Shown here in pieces: positions 39,103 to 51,336 of a DNA stretch of 64,000 nucleotides (position 1 is the first letter of the stretch; each line of letters begins with the position of its first letter). Position numbers and translations under genes: made by a program. The DNA is taken from the NCBI RefSeq assembly GCF_006345805.1, contig NC_042999.1, positions 19,468,001 through 19,532,000 on the forward strand. The letters run 5' to 3'. Below the pieces are notes generated by a model. The model was not told the DNA's origin. It did not search any database and saw nothing but the letters and a program-made list of their open reading frames with translations. Origin of the DNA: Octopus sinensis (Eukaryota).

Positions 39103-40316
39103 AAGAATGAGAGAGAAAGAGTGAGAGATAGATTATATGCATATGTATCAGTGTGTACGAATGCATGTTAGCTTATAGAAGACAAATGTCAGCTTAGTAA
39201 GTGCTTATGTTACCATATGCATATATTCACACAGAAAGGCATATTACAAGAGAGAGAGAAAGAGAAAAAATGACACATTCTGTTTAATGTATTTCCTGTA
39301 GGAAATATAGTTTTTTGTTATTTTCGGAAAGAAACCTACAACATTAAAAGACCTAATGAAACTTTAATAGTATAATTTATAGACACAAATTTTAAGATAT
39401 CAGTGATTTTTATCAAAGCACAGGAAAATATGTATTGTGAAATAGCACGTAATTATAGGAAGTTTTGGGAAGATGAATTGCATAAGACACCAGGTCACAA
39501 ATATATGTCAATATTTTTTGATGCATTACAGTATATTATACAATCACAAATAAAACAAAAGCAAATTTATTAGTACGAATGTGTATGTGTGTGTGTGTAT
39601 ATATATGTTTAAACTTAATATCTTGAGCCGTCCGTGAGCTAAATGATTTACTTTTAACATTTGGTCTGAGATCAAATCACTTGCCAAGGAAGGAAATAAA
39701 ACTCTGAAAAATAGGTCTGTATGAATGCATTTATGATTGCAGATGTATGTATGTATGTATGTATGTATGTATGTATTTATGTATGCATGGTAATTTTTTT
39801 CCTTGAGGTTTATTGAAGTTCTTGAGAAAGTTCAGGCCGGTCGCTAACAAAGTGACAAGACTTTGTGAGTAAAGAGAGTTACTGATGTTTTGTAAATATA
39901 TACTTGAGTTGGTGTATTGGTTGAAATGTTGATGCCTACACCCGAGTGTGTGCGTCTATTCACATTAAAATCTCAGATGGAGAATTTTGGGAATGCCATA
40001 AAAATCTTCAATGTGCCACAAATAGAGATTGGATTTCAAGAATTCACATCAGTCTTTTTTTGCTCTTTCTCTGTGAAACATGTATGTATGTACGTATGTA
40101 TGTATATATGTATGTATGTATGTATGTATCTATGTATGTATGCATGCATGTATGTGTATGTGACTGCGTGTGTATCATTGGCGATTTTCTTTCTCCTTCT
40201 TCCCTTCCTTGGACCTTTCCTGAGCGTCCAATAACACTATACTTGTTCCACGTCCTATCCATCTATCTATCTATCTATCTATTTATCTACCTATCTGTCT
40301 ATCTATCCATCCATCC

Positions 40317-40379
<63 letters not shown>

Positions 40380-40447
40380 CATCCATCCATTCATCTATCT
40401 ATCCATCTATATATCTATTTATGCATATATATATATGTATCTATGTA

Positions 40448-41030
40448 TAAGGACTTGCTGAAGGCTTCCTTAAGAGATGCTTGCATCTCTCCTGACACAT
40501 AGGAAGGCATAGCTAATGATTGTAGCAGGTGGAGAAGGATTGTGCATGAGGGGACAGCCACTTTTGAGAACTCTCGAGTTGCACATGAGAAAGTAAGGAG
40601 GGATGTCAGGAAGGGTGTCGCTGTTACACTTCTAGAAGGGAAGGGTCTTCCTTTGATGCTGACATGCAATGTCTGTGCAAGACCCTGCCTCAGTAAAGCT
40701 GGACTCAAGAGTCATCTTCGTAGTCATAAAATGAGACATATGAGTGACAACCTGGCCACTGGTGGTGGTATAACACACCATACTAATCATATCTGTTAGG
40801 CATGTGGAAGAGAGTGTAATTCGGCAGGAGGACTTAAACGACATGCAAAGGTACATGAAGCCCAGTTACAAATACACCCGGCTATTACCAATAAAGGTCT
40901 TAGTTGCCAATTTTGTACAAGACATTGTAGATCTTTAGCTGGGCTAAAGAGTCACATTCGATCACAGCACCAGTAACAGTTAAGCTTCGTGCAATGGCCA
41001 TACTCGATAACGAGGGGGCAGCCATAATAA
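40448..41030 (+). mobile_element. RTE-BovB-like LINE 3' fragment with three C2H2-type fingers
   Basis: KDLLKASL..W(*)EGIANDCSRWRRIVHEG..FE..CNVCARPCLSKAGLKSHLRSH..C*ACGRECNSAGGLKRHAKVH..CQFCTRHCRSLAGLKSHIRSQH*. Confidence 0.75.
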
Positions 41031-41178
41031 TGTATGTATATATGTATGTTTGTCCGTGTATATGAGCGTATGTAAGGAATAGATGGATGGATAAATGTGT
41101 ATCTATGTGTGTATATTTGCACATGCTTTTGTCTATATATATATAAATACATATATCCATGGATAGATGTGCATACCT

Positions 41179-41407
41179 ATTTCTTTATTACCCACAAGGG
41201 GCTAAACACAGAGGGGACAAACAAGGACAGACATAGGTATTAAGTCGATTACATCGACCCCAGTACGTAACTGGTACTTAATTTATCGACCCCGAAACGA
41301 TGAAAGGCAAAGTCGACCTCGGCGGAATTTGAACTCACAACGTAACGCAGACGAAATACCACTAAGCATTTCGCCCGGCGTGCTAACGTTTCTGCCAGCT
41401 CGCCGCC
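41179..41407 (-). mobile_element. Family B SINE with 11-bp TSD (TGTGCATACCT)
   Basis: TSD at 41168-41178 and 41408-41418; CpG-rich, so probably young. Confidence 0.88.
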
Positions 41408-42079
41408 TGTGCATACCTGTAGCGTATGTGTGATTGTGTGTGAGCGTATGTGTGATTGTGTGTGAGCGTATGTGTGATTGTGTGTGCATGTGCATATATT
41501 TAAGACTATGTGAATGCATGTAAACATCTATATATGTATGCAAGATGTGTATGTGGGTCAGTATGTATGTACATATGTGTGTGTGTGTGTGTGAGTGTAT
41601 TTATGAATGTATTTGTGTAGATATATGTGTATGCCTGTGTCTGTACTTGTTTAGTAACAAAGAGAAATCAGTTGTATCTCATTAAACATTGTTTCTTTAA
41701 TATAGGCTGATTACATATGAAATCTTCCAAATTCCAATGACATTTGTTCCATTGTAACAGAAAATTATTCTAAATTTTCAATTCCATTTCTAAATATATA
41801 CCAATTGTACCAAGCATCAACACTAGACATTGTAATTTGCTATGCTACCATTGAATTCATTAAATCCTTGCTTCTAGAATTAACCCTTTCATGATCATAT
41901 TACTATAAAATTTGTACACACTCAATATGCTTTGCTTAATTTTTTTAAACAAATCAAGAATCACGAGGCCTAAAGTCTACAGTCTTGACAAAGCATTTTG
42001 TACATCTGCAAATGTGCCATTTGGTATTGTAATATAATACCAAGGTGGCACGCTGGCATATATTTATATATATATATAT

Positions 42080-44921
42080 ATCATCATCGTCGTTTAACGT
42101 CCGTTCTCCATGCTAGCATGGGTTGGACGGTTCGACCGGGGTTCTGGGAAGCCAGAAGGCTGCACCAGGCTCCAGTCTAATTTGGCAATGTTTCTACAGC
42201 TGGATGCCCTTCCTAACGCCAACCACTCCGTGAGTGTAGTGGGTGCTTTTTACGTGCCACCTGCACAGGTGCCAGGCGGGGCTGGCAACGGCCACGGTCA
42301 GATTGGTGTATTTTATGTGCCACCGGCACGGAAGCCAGTCGAGGCGGTGCTGGCATCGGCCACGAGTCGGATAGTGCTTTTTACGTACCACCAGACCAGG
42401 GATCCTGGCTGGTTCAATTCGATTTCGATTTCGCTTGCCCCAACATGTCTTCACAAGCAAAGGGGGTGGCAAGGGTGCCTGTCGTACGGTCGCATTGGAG
42501 TATTCTACGTGCCACGGCCACGAGTCGGATAGTGCTTTACGTACCACCAGACCAGGGATCCTGGCTGGTTCAATTCGATTTCGATTTCGCTTGCCCCAAC
42601 ATGTCTTCACAAGCAAAGGGGGTTGGCTTGGGTGCCTGTCGTACGGTCGCATTGGAGTATTTTACGTGCCACGGCCCCGAGTCGGATAGTGCTTTTTACG
42701 TACCACCAGGCCAGGGATCCTGGCTGGTTCAATTCGGTTTCGATTTCGCTTGCCCCAACATGTCTTCGCAGGCATGGGGAGTTGGGATGGGTGTCTGTCG
42801 TCGGATGAGGTTCTATATCGACTTCGCTTGCCTCAACCGGTCTTTGTGTCCAAGGGAGGAAAGGCATTCATAAGTGGGCTGGGCTCACTTGTCCTGCCTG
42901 GTCTTCTCACGTACAGAATATTTCCAAAGGTCTCGGTCTCTGGTCATTTCCTCAGTGAGGCCTAAAGTTCGAAGGTCGTGCTTCACCACCTCGTCCCAGG
43001 TTTTCCTGGGTCTCCCTCTTCCACGGGTTCCCTCAACTGCTAGGGATTGGCACTTTCTCACACACCTATCTTCATCCATTCTCGCCACATGACCATACCA
43101 GCGCAATCGTCTCTCTTGCACACCACAACTGATGCTTCTTAGGTACAACATTTCTCTCAAGGTGCTAACGCTCTGTCGAGTATGTACACTGACATTACAC
43201 ATCCATCGGAGCATACTGGCTTCATTCCTCACGAGCTTACGCATGTCCTCAGCAGTCACAGCCCATGTTTCGCTGCCATGTAGCATGGCTGTTCGTACAC
43301 ACGCATCATACAGTCTGCCTTTTACTCTGAGCAAGAGGCCTTTAGTCACCAGCAGAGGTAAGAGCTCCCTAAACTTTGCCCAGGCTATTCTTATTCTAGC
43401 AGTTACACTTTCAGCGCACCCACCCCCACTACTGACTTGGTCACCTAGATAACGGAAGCTATCAACTACTTCTAGTTTTTCCCCCTGGAAAGTGACGGAA
43501 GTTGTTTTCTGCAGATTTTCGGAGGTTAATGCTCCCGAGCATCTGCCACATACAAAAACTATCTTCCCAGTTAGCCTACCTTTGACATTGCTGCACCTCT
43601 TATGTGTCCATAGCTTACACTGGGTACATCTTATAGAGTTTCTACCTACACCTTTTCTACAGATCGAGCAGGGCCATCTTCCTGAAGATATTTGTGGATT
43701 GTCTACCTTTCTACTTATTAGTACTTTGGTTTTAGCTAGGTTGACTCTAAGGCCCCTTGATTCTAAACCCTCCTTCCACACCTGGAACTTCTCCTCCAGT
43801 TCTGATAGTGACTCAGCAATAAGAGCAAGGTCGTCAGCGTAGAGGAGCTCCCAGGGACAGCCTGTCTTGAATTCCTCCGTAATTGCCTGGAGTACTATGA
43901 TAAATAGGAGGGGGCTGAGTACTGAACCCTGGTGGACCCCAACCTCTACTTTGAATTCTTCTGTGTACATGTTGCCAACCCTAACCTTACTTACGGCATC
44001 TCTGTACATGGCTTGCACAGTCCTCACCAGCCATTCATCTATCCCTAGTTTCCTCATTGACCACCAGATAAGGGATCGGGGGACCCTATCAAAAGCTTTC
44101 TCCATGTCAACGAAAGCCAGGTACAGGGGCTTATCTTTGGCTAGGTATTTCTCCTGCAGCTGCCTTACCAGGAATATAGCATCAGTGGTACTTTTTCCTG
44201 GCACGAACCCAAACTGCATCTCATCTAAACTAACTCTCTCTCTAATTAGTTGGGCTATGACCCTCTCCGTAACCTTCATTACTTGATCCAACAGCTTGAT
44301 ACCTCTGTAATTATTTGTATCTAGGGCATCACCTTTACCTTTGTAGCAGTTGACTAGTATGCTGCTGCACCAGTCATTGGGTATGATTCCTTCGTGTATC
44401 ACCTGGTTGACTATACGGGTGACTAGGTTATAGCCGACACTGCCAGATATTTTGAGCATCTCTGCAGTAATTCCTGATGGGCCTGGGGCTTTCCCTGTCT
44501 TCATGCTTCTAATTGCCTTAGCTACCACGGAACTATCAACTCGGATAGCTGGTCCCTCTGTAGGGTCAACATTCGGCAGACTCTCTTTATCCCATTCATT
44601 TTCCTCATTCAGTAACCTTTCATAGTGGCGTCTCCAAGCTTCTCTCTTTGCATCCTCATTTAGCGCAAGTGAACCATCCTCCATGCGAACACATTTCTCT
44701 CCTACCACATCACGATTCTCTCTCACACACTGTCTTGCAACACGAAATACCTCAAGTCTTTCATCCTCACGGCGCAGGACATTGGCAAATTTTCTCTTAT
44801 CTGCTTCCCCTCTGGCTAGATAGACCTGTCTCCTAGCTTCCCTTCTGGCAGTCTGATACCCTTCCCTGCTACCACCGTTCTTCCAGGCCTTCCAAGCCTG
44901 TTTCTTTTGTCTAATAGCCCT
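42080..44921 (-). mobile_element. RTE-clade non-LTR retrotransposon, 5'-truncated, with long 3'UTR and (GAT)n tail
   Basis: The RT ORF is followed by an ~800-bp 3'UTR ending ...GGACGTTAAACGACGATGATGA. The 5' end is truncated against a (TA)n tract at 44921. Confidence 0.93.
42885..44921 (-). CDS. RTE reverse transcriptase ORF (linker + RT + PHD-like finger + C-terminal domain), uninterrupted but lacking the N-terminal endonuclease
   Basis: Motifs KAPGP, YKGKGD, YRGIKL, QFGF, FVDMEKAFDRV, GVHQGSVLSPLLF, YADD, FRYLG and WYGHV, with no stops in ~680 codons. The first ~17 residues of the supplied ORF (44922-44972) are flanking sequence. Confidence 0.92.
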   Translation of the reverse strand, partial: RAIRQKKQAWKAWKNGGSREGYQTARREARRQVYLARGEADKRKFANVLRREDERLEVFRVARQCVRENRDVVGEKCVRMEDGSLALNEDAKREAWRRHYERLLNEENEWDKESLPNVDPTEGPAIRVDSSVVAKAIRSMKTGKAPGPSGITAEMLKISGSVGYNLVTRIVNQVIHEGIIPNDWCSSILVNCYKGKGDALDTNNYRGIKLLDQVMKVTERVIAQLIRERVSLDEMQFGFVPGKSTTDAIFLVRQLQEKYLAKDKPLYLAFVDMEKAFDRVPRSLIWWSMRKLGIDEWLVRTVQAMYRDAVSKVRVGNMYTEEFKVEVGVHQGSVLSPLLFIIVLQAITEEFKTGCPWELLYADDLALIAESLSELEEKFQVWKEGLESRGLRVNLAKTKVLISRKVDNPQISSGRWPCSICRKGVGRNSIRCTQCKLWTHKRCSNVKGRLTGKIVFVCGRCSGALTSENLQKTTSVTFQGEKLEVVDSFRYLGDQVSSGGGCAESVTARIRIAWAKFRELLPLLVTKGLLLRVKGRLYDACVRTAMLHGSETWAVTAEDMRKLVRNEASMLRWMCNVSVHTRQSVSTLREMLYLRSISCGVQERRLRWYGHVARMDEDRCVRKCQSLAVEGTRGRGRPRKTWDEVVKHDLRTLGLTEEMTRDRDLWKYSVREKTRQDK

Positions 44922-45169
44922 ATATATATATATAATATTAATTAGAGACAAAACCACTATTTTGCAAATCAAACAAGGAAAGACTTATCAATACATAAAA
45001 AAATTTTAATATAAAGTAAATAAATCGCCACTACAATATATAATATTTTACTATAAAATTGGATTCAATCCTAAATCTGATTTTTCCCTGTAAATTTGGA
45101 TTTATTCCCTAATATTTATTATTATTATATATATATATATATACAAGTTCAGTAAAAATTTAGATTCAG

Positions 45170-47200
45170 TTGAATATGGTACTTAAGTTAACCCTTTCAT
45201 TACCAACCCGGCTGAAACCAGCTCTGGTTCTGCAAGGTAGAGCAATCTTCAGATGCATAAAAATATAGAATTTAGTTAAATTGAAAAGATTCATTTTTGT
45301 AGTTATTCCATTAACCAAAATCACAAAGAGGATAAGTAGGTAGACAAAGAACATGTTTAATCAACAATATCATAGTTGTAACTGATATTTTTTTCCATGA
45401 AGACACAGCTTATCATTGATTTTACTTTGTTATTTAGAATTACTACTGGGGGAGGGGGTTTAAGTTTATAGACAAGTTTATCAAGTCTGGTGGAAAACAA
45501 GAATCTGTCTTTTATGGATATAGAAAAAGACAGTTTAAGTGACAGAGTCATAAATCAAGATCCCTTTGAAATTGAAACCATTAGGGTTCAGTAAGAATAT
45601 ATTTCAGCCAAAGTTAGTAGGCTAAAGCTGATGGGGTAGGTGGAGTAAAAACTTATAATACTTAACTATTTAACAGCCATAATCCTAATTGTGATTTGAA
45701 ATAAATAGGTACATTTTAAAGAGTTTTTCAAAGAATGAGAACAATTTCAGTATTTTACACAATATAGGGATGGAGAATATAGAAATAATTTCATATTTAT
45801 ATAAGTTTCTATACCAATTTAACAAAAATTTATAGTTAACTAGCAGTATCACCCGGCGTTGCTCGGGTTTGTAAGGGAAATAACTATATAAGCATTTTTA
45901 GAGTGTTATAGCCAAAAAATAGCAAAAAAATGAATTAAAAATGGAAAACAAATGATGGTAAATTTTTTTTTAAATCGTTGACTCATCGTAGACATTTTTA
46001 GAGAGTTACTTCCCTTATATAATAGCGAAAAAAATATGCATTAAAATGGAAAAAAATGATGGTAAATTTTTTTTTAAATCGTAGACTCATTGTAGACACG
46101 CGCTAATACCGAGAAGGGCTCAATATGAATCTAGACTATAAGATACCCGGTTTTGGTTAAACTGCACTGCAAAATGTGAGAGTAGTTAGGAATCTAAATC
46201 GTAGGAGACAGACACACAACTTCTCTTTTATATATAAAGATTAGTAAATAGTAATTTATTGGTATTAATGAGTTAAATTAAAGGAATGTGTTAAAAATTT
46301 CATTTATTTTCTCTATGCTAATAACCATAGAATATATTTCTTGTATTATAAAATAGACAGTGGAATATATCAGTATGGTTCTTTATAGGTTGAGTGTGAA
46401 CTCAATAGAAATGTATTATCAATAAAATGATATAGTGAGTAAATAAGTAAGATACAATGGTGTAGAATTAAAGTGAAGGAATTTAAATAAATGAATTAAA
46501 AATAAATATAAATTATTGTAGAATACTATAGATAAGGGGTAGAATAGATTTGTGTTCTAAAAATTTATTATAGAATATACCTAGCTTATCTATATTAATA
46601 GGTGAGGTAAGCTGCTATTAGAAAATCTCATATAATCTTATAATTTCTAGATTAAAATTAATATTTACTTATCATGGGAATTGTCATGAATGCCTGGTGT
46701 TTAATATTGCGTAAAGAAATGATCAAGCTATTGGGTAAAAGTTATATTATTAATAAGACTTATATAAAATTTTGGGTTCTATTATAGATTTAAGAAAAAG
46801 TTATTATTATTCCTTATATGATAATTTATATCTATTAATTGGTACTTATAAAATGTTATCTTCTTCTTTATTTACAATCTATTTAAAAAGCTTTCTAATA
46901 CATGCAAAGATCATGAGGGTGGGGTTGTTTTAGAGAAATAGAAACCAAATAATCTAGATATTATTATCTATTCTTTATCAGGTTTTCAATATTAATTAAG
47001 GGGTTTAGAAGAACTTTTTATGAGAATACTCCTAGTAAATAAGGTATTAATTGGCACACATATCAAAATCTTTAAAATATAACGGAAGGGAGGCAACCAA
47101 GATGTAAGTTCCTAAAATTAGAAATATTTAAATTTAGTATTTAAAAGGGAAGTGTAGTTTTATGGGGTATAATAATTTAGGCTAGTTAGAGGTAATATTT
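45170..47200 (-). pseudogene. Possible heavily decayed Penelope-like (RT + GIY-YIG) remnant, interrupted by a Helitron
   Basis: AT-rich. Fragmentary minus-strand similarity to RYID-like RT motifs and VYLLI..G.T (GIY-YIG-like); many stops and frameshifts. Confidence 0.3.
45840..46240 (-). mobile_element. Non-autonomous Helitron
   Basis: Same termini on the minus strand. Confidence 0.82.
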
Positions 47201-47206
47201 ATAATC

Positions 47207-47580
47207 ATCATCATCAGCATTTAGCATCCACTTTCCATGCTAGCATGGGTTGGACGGTTCAACTGGGGTCTGGGAAGCCAGAAGGCTGCACCAGGCCCAG
47301 TCTGATCTGGCAATGTTTCTACGGCTGGATGCCCTTCCTAACGCCAGCCACTCCGTGAGTGTAGTGGGTGCTTTTTATGTGCCACCGGCACAGGTGCCAG
47401 TCAGGGCTGGCAAACGACCACGGTCGAATGGTGCTTTTTACATGCCACCGGCACGGGGGCCAGGAGATGCTGGCAACGGCCATGGTCGGATGGTGCTTTT
47501 TACGTGCCACCGGCATGGGGGCCAGGCGAGGCTGGCAACGGCCACGATCAGATGGTGCTTTTTACGTGCCACCGGCACGG
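47207..47580 (-). mobile_element. RTE 3'UTR fragment with 3-4 internal repeats
   Basis: High similarity to 42080-42330. Confidence 0.8.
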
Positions 47581-48279
47581 CATTAAAAAAAATTAGGTGG
47601 AGTAGAATTCCTGTAGAAATAGATATGGAAATTACCAATTCTTTAAAACTTATTGTGGATTAGGTATACAACTTAATAATTTCATTAGATATATAGAATT
47701 TATGTAATAATTATAGAAATTTAAAAAGAATTTTAATCAACTTTATTCAATTTGCTTATGTTACTAAATTTCTTGATAACTATTCTTGATTAAATAAAAA
47801 ATAGTAGGGTATATTATTTCCTTATTGGACTTTAAAAAACATCACCAGTACAGAGTCAAATTGTCCAACCCATGCTAGCATGGAAAACAGACGTTAAACG
47901 ATGATGATGATGATGATGATGATGAAAGTGATGGTTCTGTTGTCAGTTAGGTAAGCAGGCTTTAATGAGACAAAATGAAACCGTAAAGGAACAATGTTTT
48001 TCACTAATCTAAATATATTTCATTAAATAATTAAATGTTTAGAATTGTCATGTAATCCAGTGTATTCTAATCCTCTTAATTAAATTAATAAGAGATCAAG
48101 AATCTCATCATCCCACCAATAAATTTAACAAACCGGAGTGAAGTTTTGTACCAGAATCAGGACCTCAATCTATACAGAAATACAAAGCACCCATCTAGGA
48201 TAAATTGTATTGGTCTGGGTCAGATGCATAAAGAGAGAAAACCCAAGCAGGGACACAATGACTAGCAGTCATTGAAAGA

Positions 48280-48284
<5 letters not shown>

Positions 48285-48342
<58 letters not shown>

Positions 48343-48814
48343 AATTATTGTATACAGTGCTCAGGTGCACCACAACTTGTCAAAAGTGCATATAAAGCAT
48401 ATGCAGTAATGTACAAATGTCTGGAATGTGAACAGTGTATGAGTCAGATACATGCTTGTGTGTGTATGGAGGAGAGAAAATCAGGTGTAGTGTTGGCAAT
48501 TCTCATGAAGCATGGAAGTCTTGAACAATGCAGTGCTCCGACAACTAACAACTGTTCCAAAAGTCATAAGAGCTGTGCTGTTTTCTGACTTTGTAATCAT
48601 CTCCACAGGTGTTAGACAGGTGGAGTTTGAAAAGGTGCTCAGAGTTATTTAGCTCCTTTATACATCATTACCTGTCCCAGGGCACCAAGTGAACAGTGTA
48701 TGAGTCAGATACATGCTTGCCTGTGTATGGAGAAGAGAAAATCAGGTGTAGTGTTGGCGAATCTCAGGAAGCATGGAAGTTTTGAAGGATGCAGTGCTCC
48801 GACAACTAACAACT
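48285..48814 (-). mobile_element. CR1/L2-like LINE 3' remnant with (ATT)n tail and a 126-bp direct duplication
   Basis: 48428-48553 is repeated at 48689-48814; (AAT)n at 48282-48340. Clade assignment is weak. Confidence 0.45.
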
Positions 48815-49475
48815 ATTACATTAGTGTAAGCACAAACATGGCTGTGTGGTTAGGGAGTTAATTTTGCAACTAAGATGTTTCAGGTTCCTAAGTTCAATTT
48901 CAATATACAGCTGCTTGTTCAAGATGTTCGAGTTATGTTCGACCACACCATTGAGTTTTACAAATCTGTTTTTAGTGTGCCTGTATATAATATATATATG
49001 TGTGTGTATATATAAAAATAAAATACACATATATACTTATATATAAATATACAAATTAGCGCATGTATACTATTTTTCTGCACTTATATATGTATGTATA
49101 TGAGTGATTGTGCATGTGTTTACATACATAAACATAATTGTATACACACACACACACACACACACACATACATATATGGATGTAGATGTAGATGTACGGT
49201 TAATTGATATATATGGATATACACGTAAACTCTGTTTTTCTTTAAAGTTTGATTTATAAATAGCAATTAATGAAAATAATTAGTTAAATAAATGTTTTTC
49301 AATTATTTGTTTATGTTCCCCTTATTTTCTTTCTTTATATAGCTATATATTTATATCGATCAATATATATTTATATACACATACAAATACATATATATAT
49401 ATACATATATGCATATATGCATATATATACATATATCTATCTATCTATATATATATATATATATATAATACATAT

Positions 49476-49586
<111 letters not shown>

Positions 49587-50079
49587 AGATATATAGATAG
49601 ATGTATGTATATGAATATATGTATGCATGTGTATATAGATATATATTGATAGATATAAATATATATATATATATATATACATACACACACATACACACAC
49701 ACATACATACATACATACATACATACGTACATACATGCATGCATGCATACATACATACATACATACATACATACATACATACATACATACATACATACAT
49801 AGCTGCGTGTATTTGTTTTCTTCTGGAAATAACTTGAAGTTTGAACTTTGATTTCTAGTTCATTATTATTGGAGTTTGTACTAATTAGAATAAATATTAT
49901 GATTCATTAAATTTATTTTTCCACTTTTTTTCTGTTTTATTATGTTATTCTGTATCGCCATAACTTGTGAATACTGCCAAATAATATAAATTACGGAAAA
50001 TTTTCATATGAAAGCAAACACACTCATGGTACAAACATAGCCATGAGTTTAAGAAGTTTGCTTTCATTGCGACTAAATA

Positions 50080-50646
50080 TTGGGTTGTCCGGAATGTTCG
50101 TGCCAATTTATAGTAGTTTACCTTTCGACTTATTTTAGAACATGGTTGAGTCCATAAAATAGGATTTGACTACACCTCCATTTAGAGCATAGTTTAAGCT
50201 ATCTTTTCGTGGAAGAAGGTTTATGTTCCTCTAACCTGTGTTAATTCTGTAACCCTTTAAAATGGAAGATAAGAAAGTTCATTTTTGGCACTTGAGGCTT
50301 TGGGAACCGGACATAAATTGCTGCAGCTCGGCTGGAATGTGTTACTCCACCCTTCATATTCACCAGATATTGCTCCTTCAGGTTTCCACTTCTTCAAGTC
50401 TCTGCAGAATAGTCTTATTGGTAAAGATTTCCATTCCTTGGATGACGTAAAAAGATACCTTGATGAATTCTTTGCCATGAAACCACCTCAATTCTGAGAA
50501 GAGGGTATTTTCAAGTCAAAGGAAAGATGGAGACGCATTGTGCAACAAAAATGGTTCATTTTTGGTTTATTAAAAATGTAATGGCAAGTATTTATTGACC
50601 TTTTTCTTTCCTTTAAAAACCAGCACAAACTTTCCAGACAACCCAA
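50080..50646 (+). mobile_element. Internally deleted mariner (DD34D-type) element
   Basis: TIR TTGGGTTGTCCGGAATGTTCGTGC vs GCACAAACTTTCCAGACAACCCAA, with TA TSD. The N-terminus MEDKKVHF is fused to LLHPSYSPDIAPSGFHFF..SLQN. It is nested inside a SINE. Confidence 0.88.
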
Positions 50647-50943
50647 TATCTTAGGTTCCTATCCCACCATATGACACCTTGGACAGTTTACTTTTACTGT
50701 GAAGGCATCGGATCACCAATGCCTTCTGAGTTAATCTTCGGTAGGCAAAAAGCTATATGGAAGCTCATTGCATGTTCCAAATATATGTGGATATAAATGT
50801 GTCTGCTTGAATACTGAGGCGCTAAAACTGAGCATTGAGATGCTTCACTTCCATGTCAAATGCTAAAATTGCTGTTCAATAAATAAGGGATAATAAAAAT
50901 ATGTAGCAGTCTCAAGAATGAACTGATTGTTGAATATAATTAA

Positions 50944-51336
50944 CTACCAGTATCACCTGGCATTGCTCAGGTTTGTTTCGACCGTTTAGAATTGGAATTT
51001 TTGAAAAGTAAAAATTTTTGCATTATGTAGCTTGTTATTTTCTTTAAGTGAACATTTCTCTAGTCGAAATACACCAAAAAATGGTGACATAGCAGTAAAA
51101 AATCGTAAAAAAATAGGGATTTTCATAGAAAAACAAAGCACCTTTTTTATGTAAATAATTTTTGGTGTTAACACGGTCTGATTTAAATTTTTTCTTCTAT
51201 AGAAGAAAGAGCAAGCCTTCTTCTATCATACTCTCAATTTTGGTTAACTTGCACTGCAGCGTCTTGGAGGAAATAGTGTTTGTTAAAGGTTACCAAACCT
51301 GCCATACACAGAGAACTTCAGTTTTATATATCTAGA
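50944..51336 (-). mobile_element. Non-autonomous Helitron (second subtype), decayed
   Basis: Degenerate 3' hairpin/CTAG and TATATA 5' end; near-colinear with 59873-60263. Confidence 0.7.

Noticed and set aside
39808-39870. Short possible plus-strand exon ending at GTGAGT (LLKFLRKFRPVANKVTRL)
   Set aside because: Weak acceptor and no partner exons or homology recognisable by eye.
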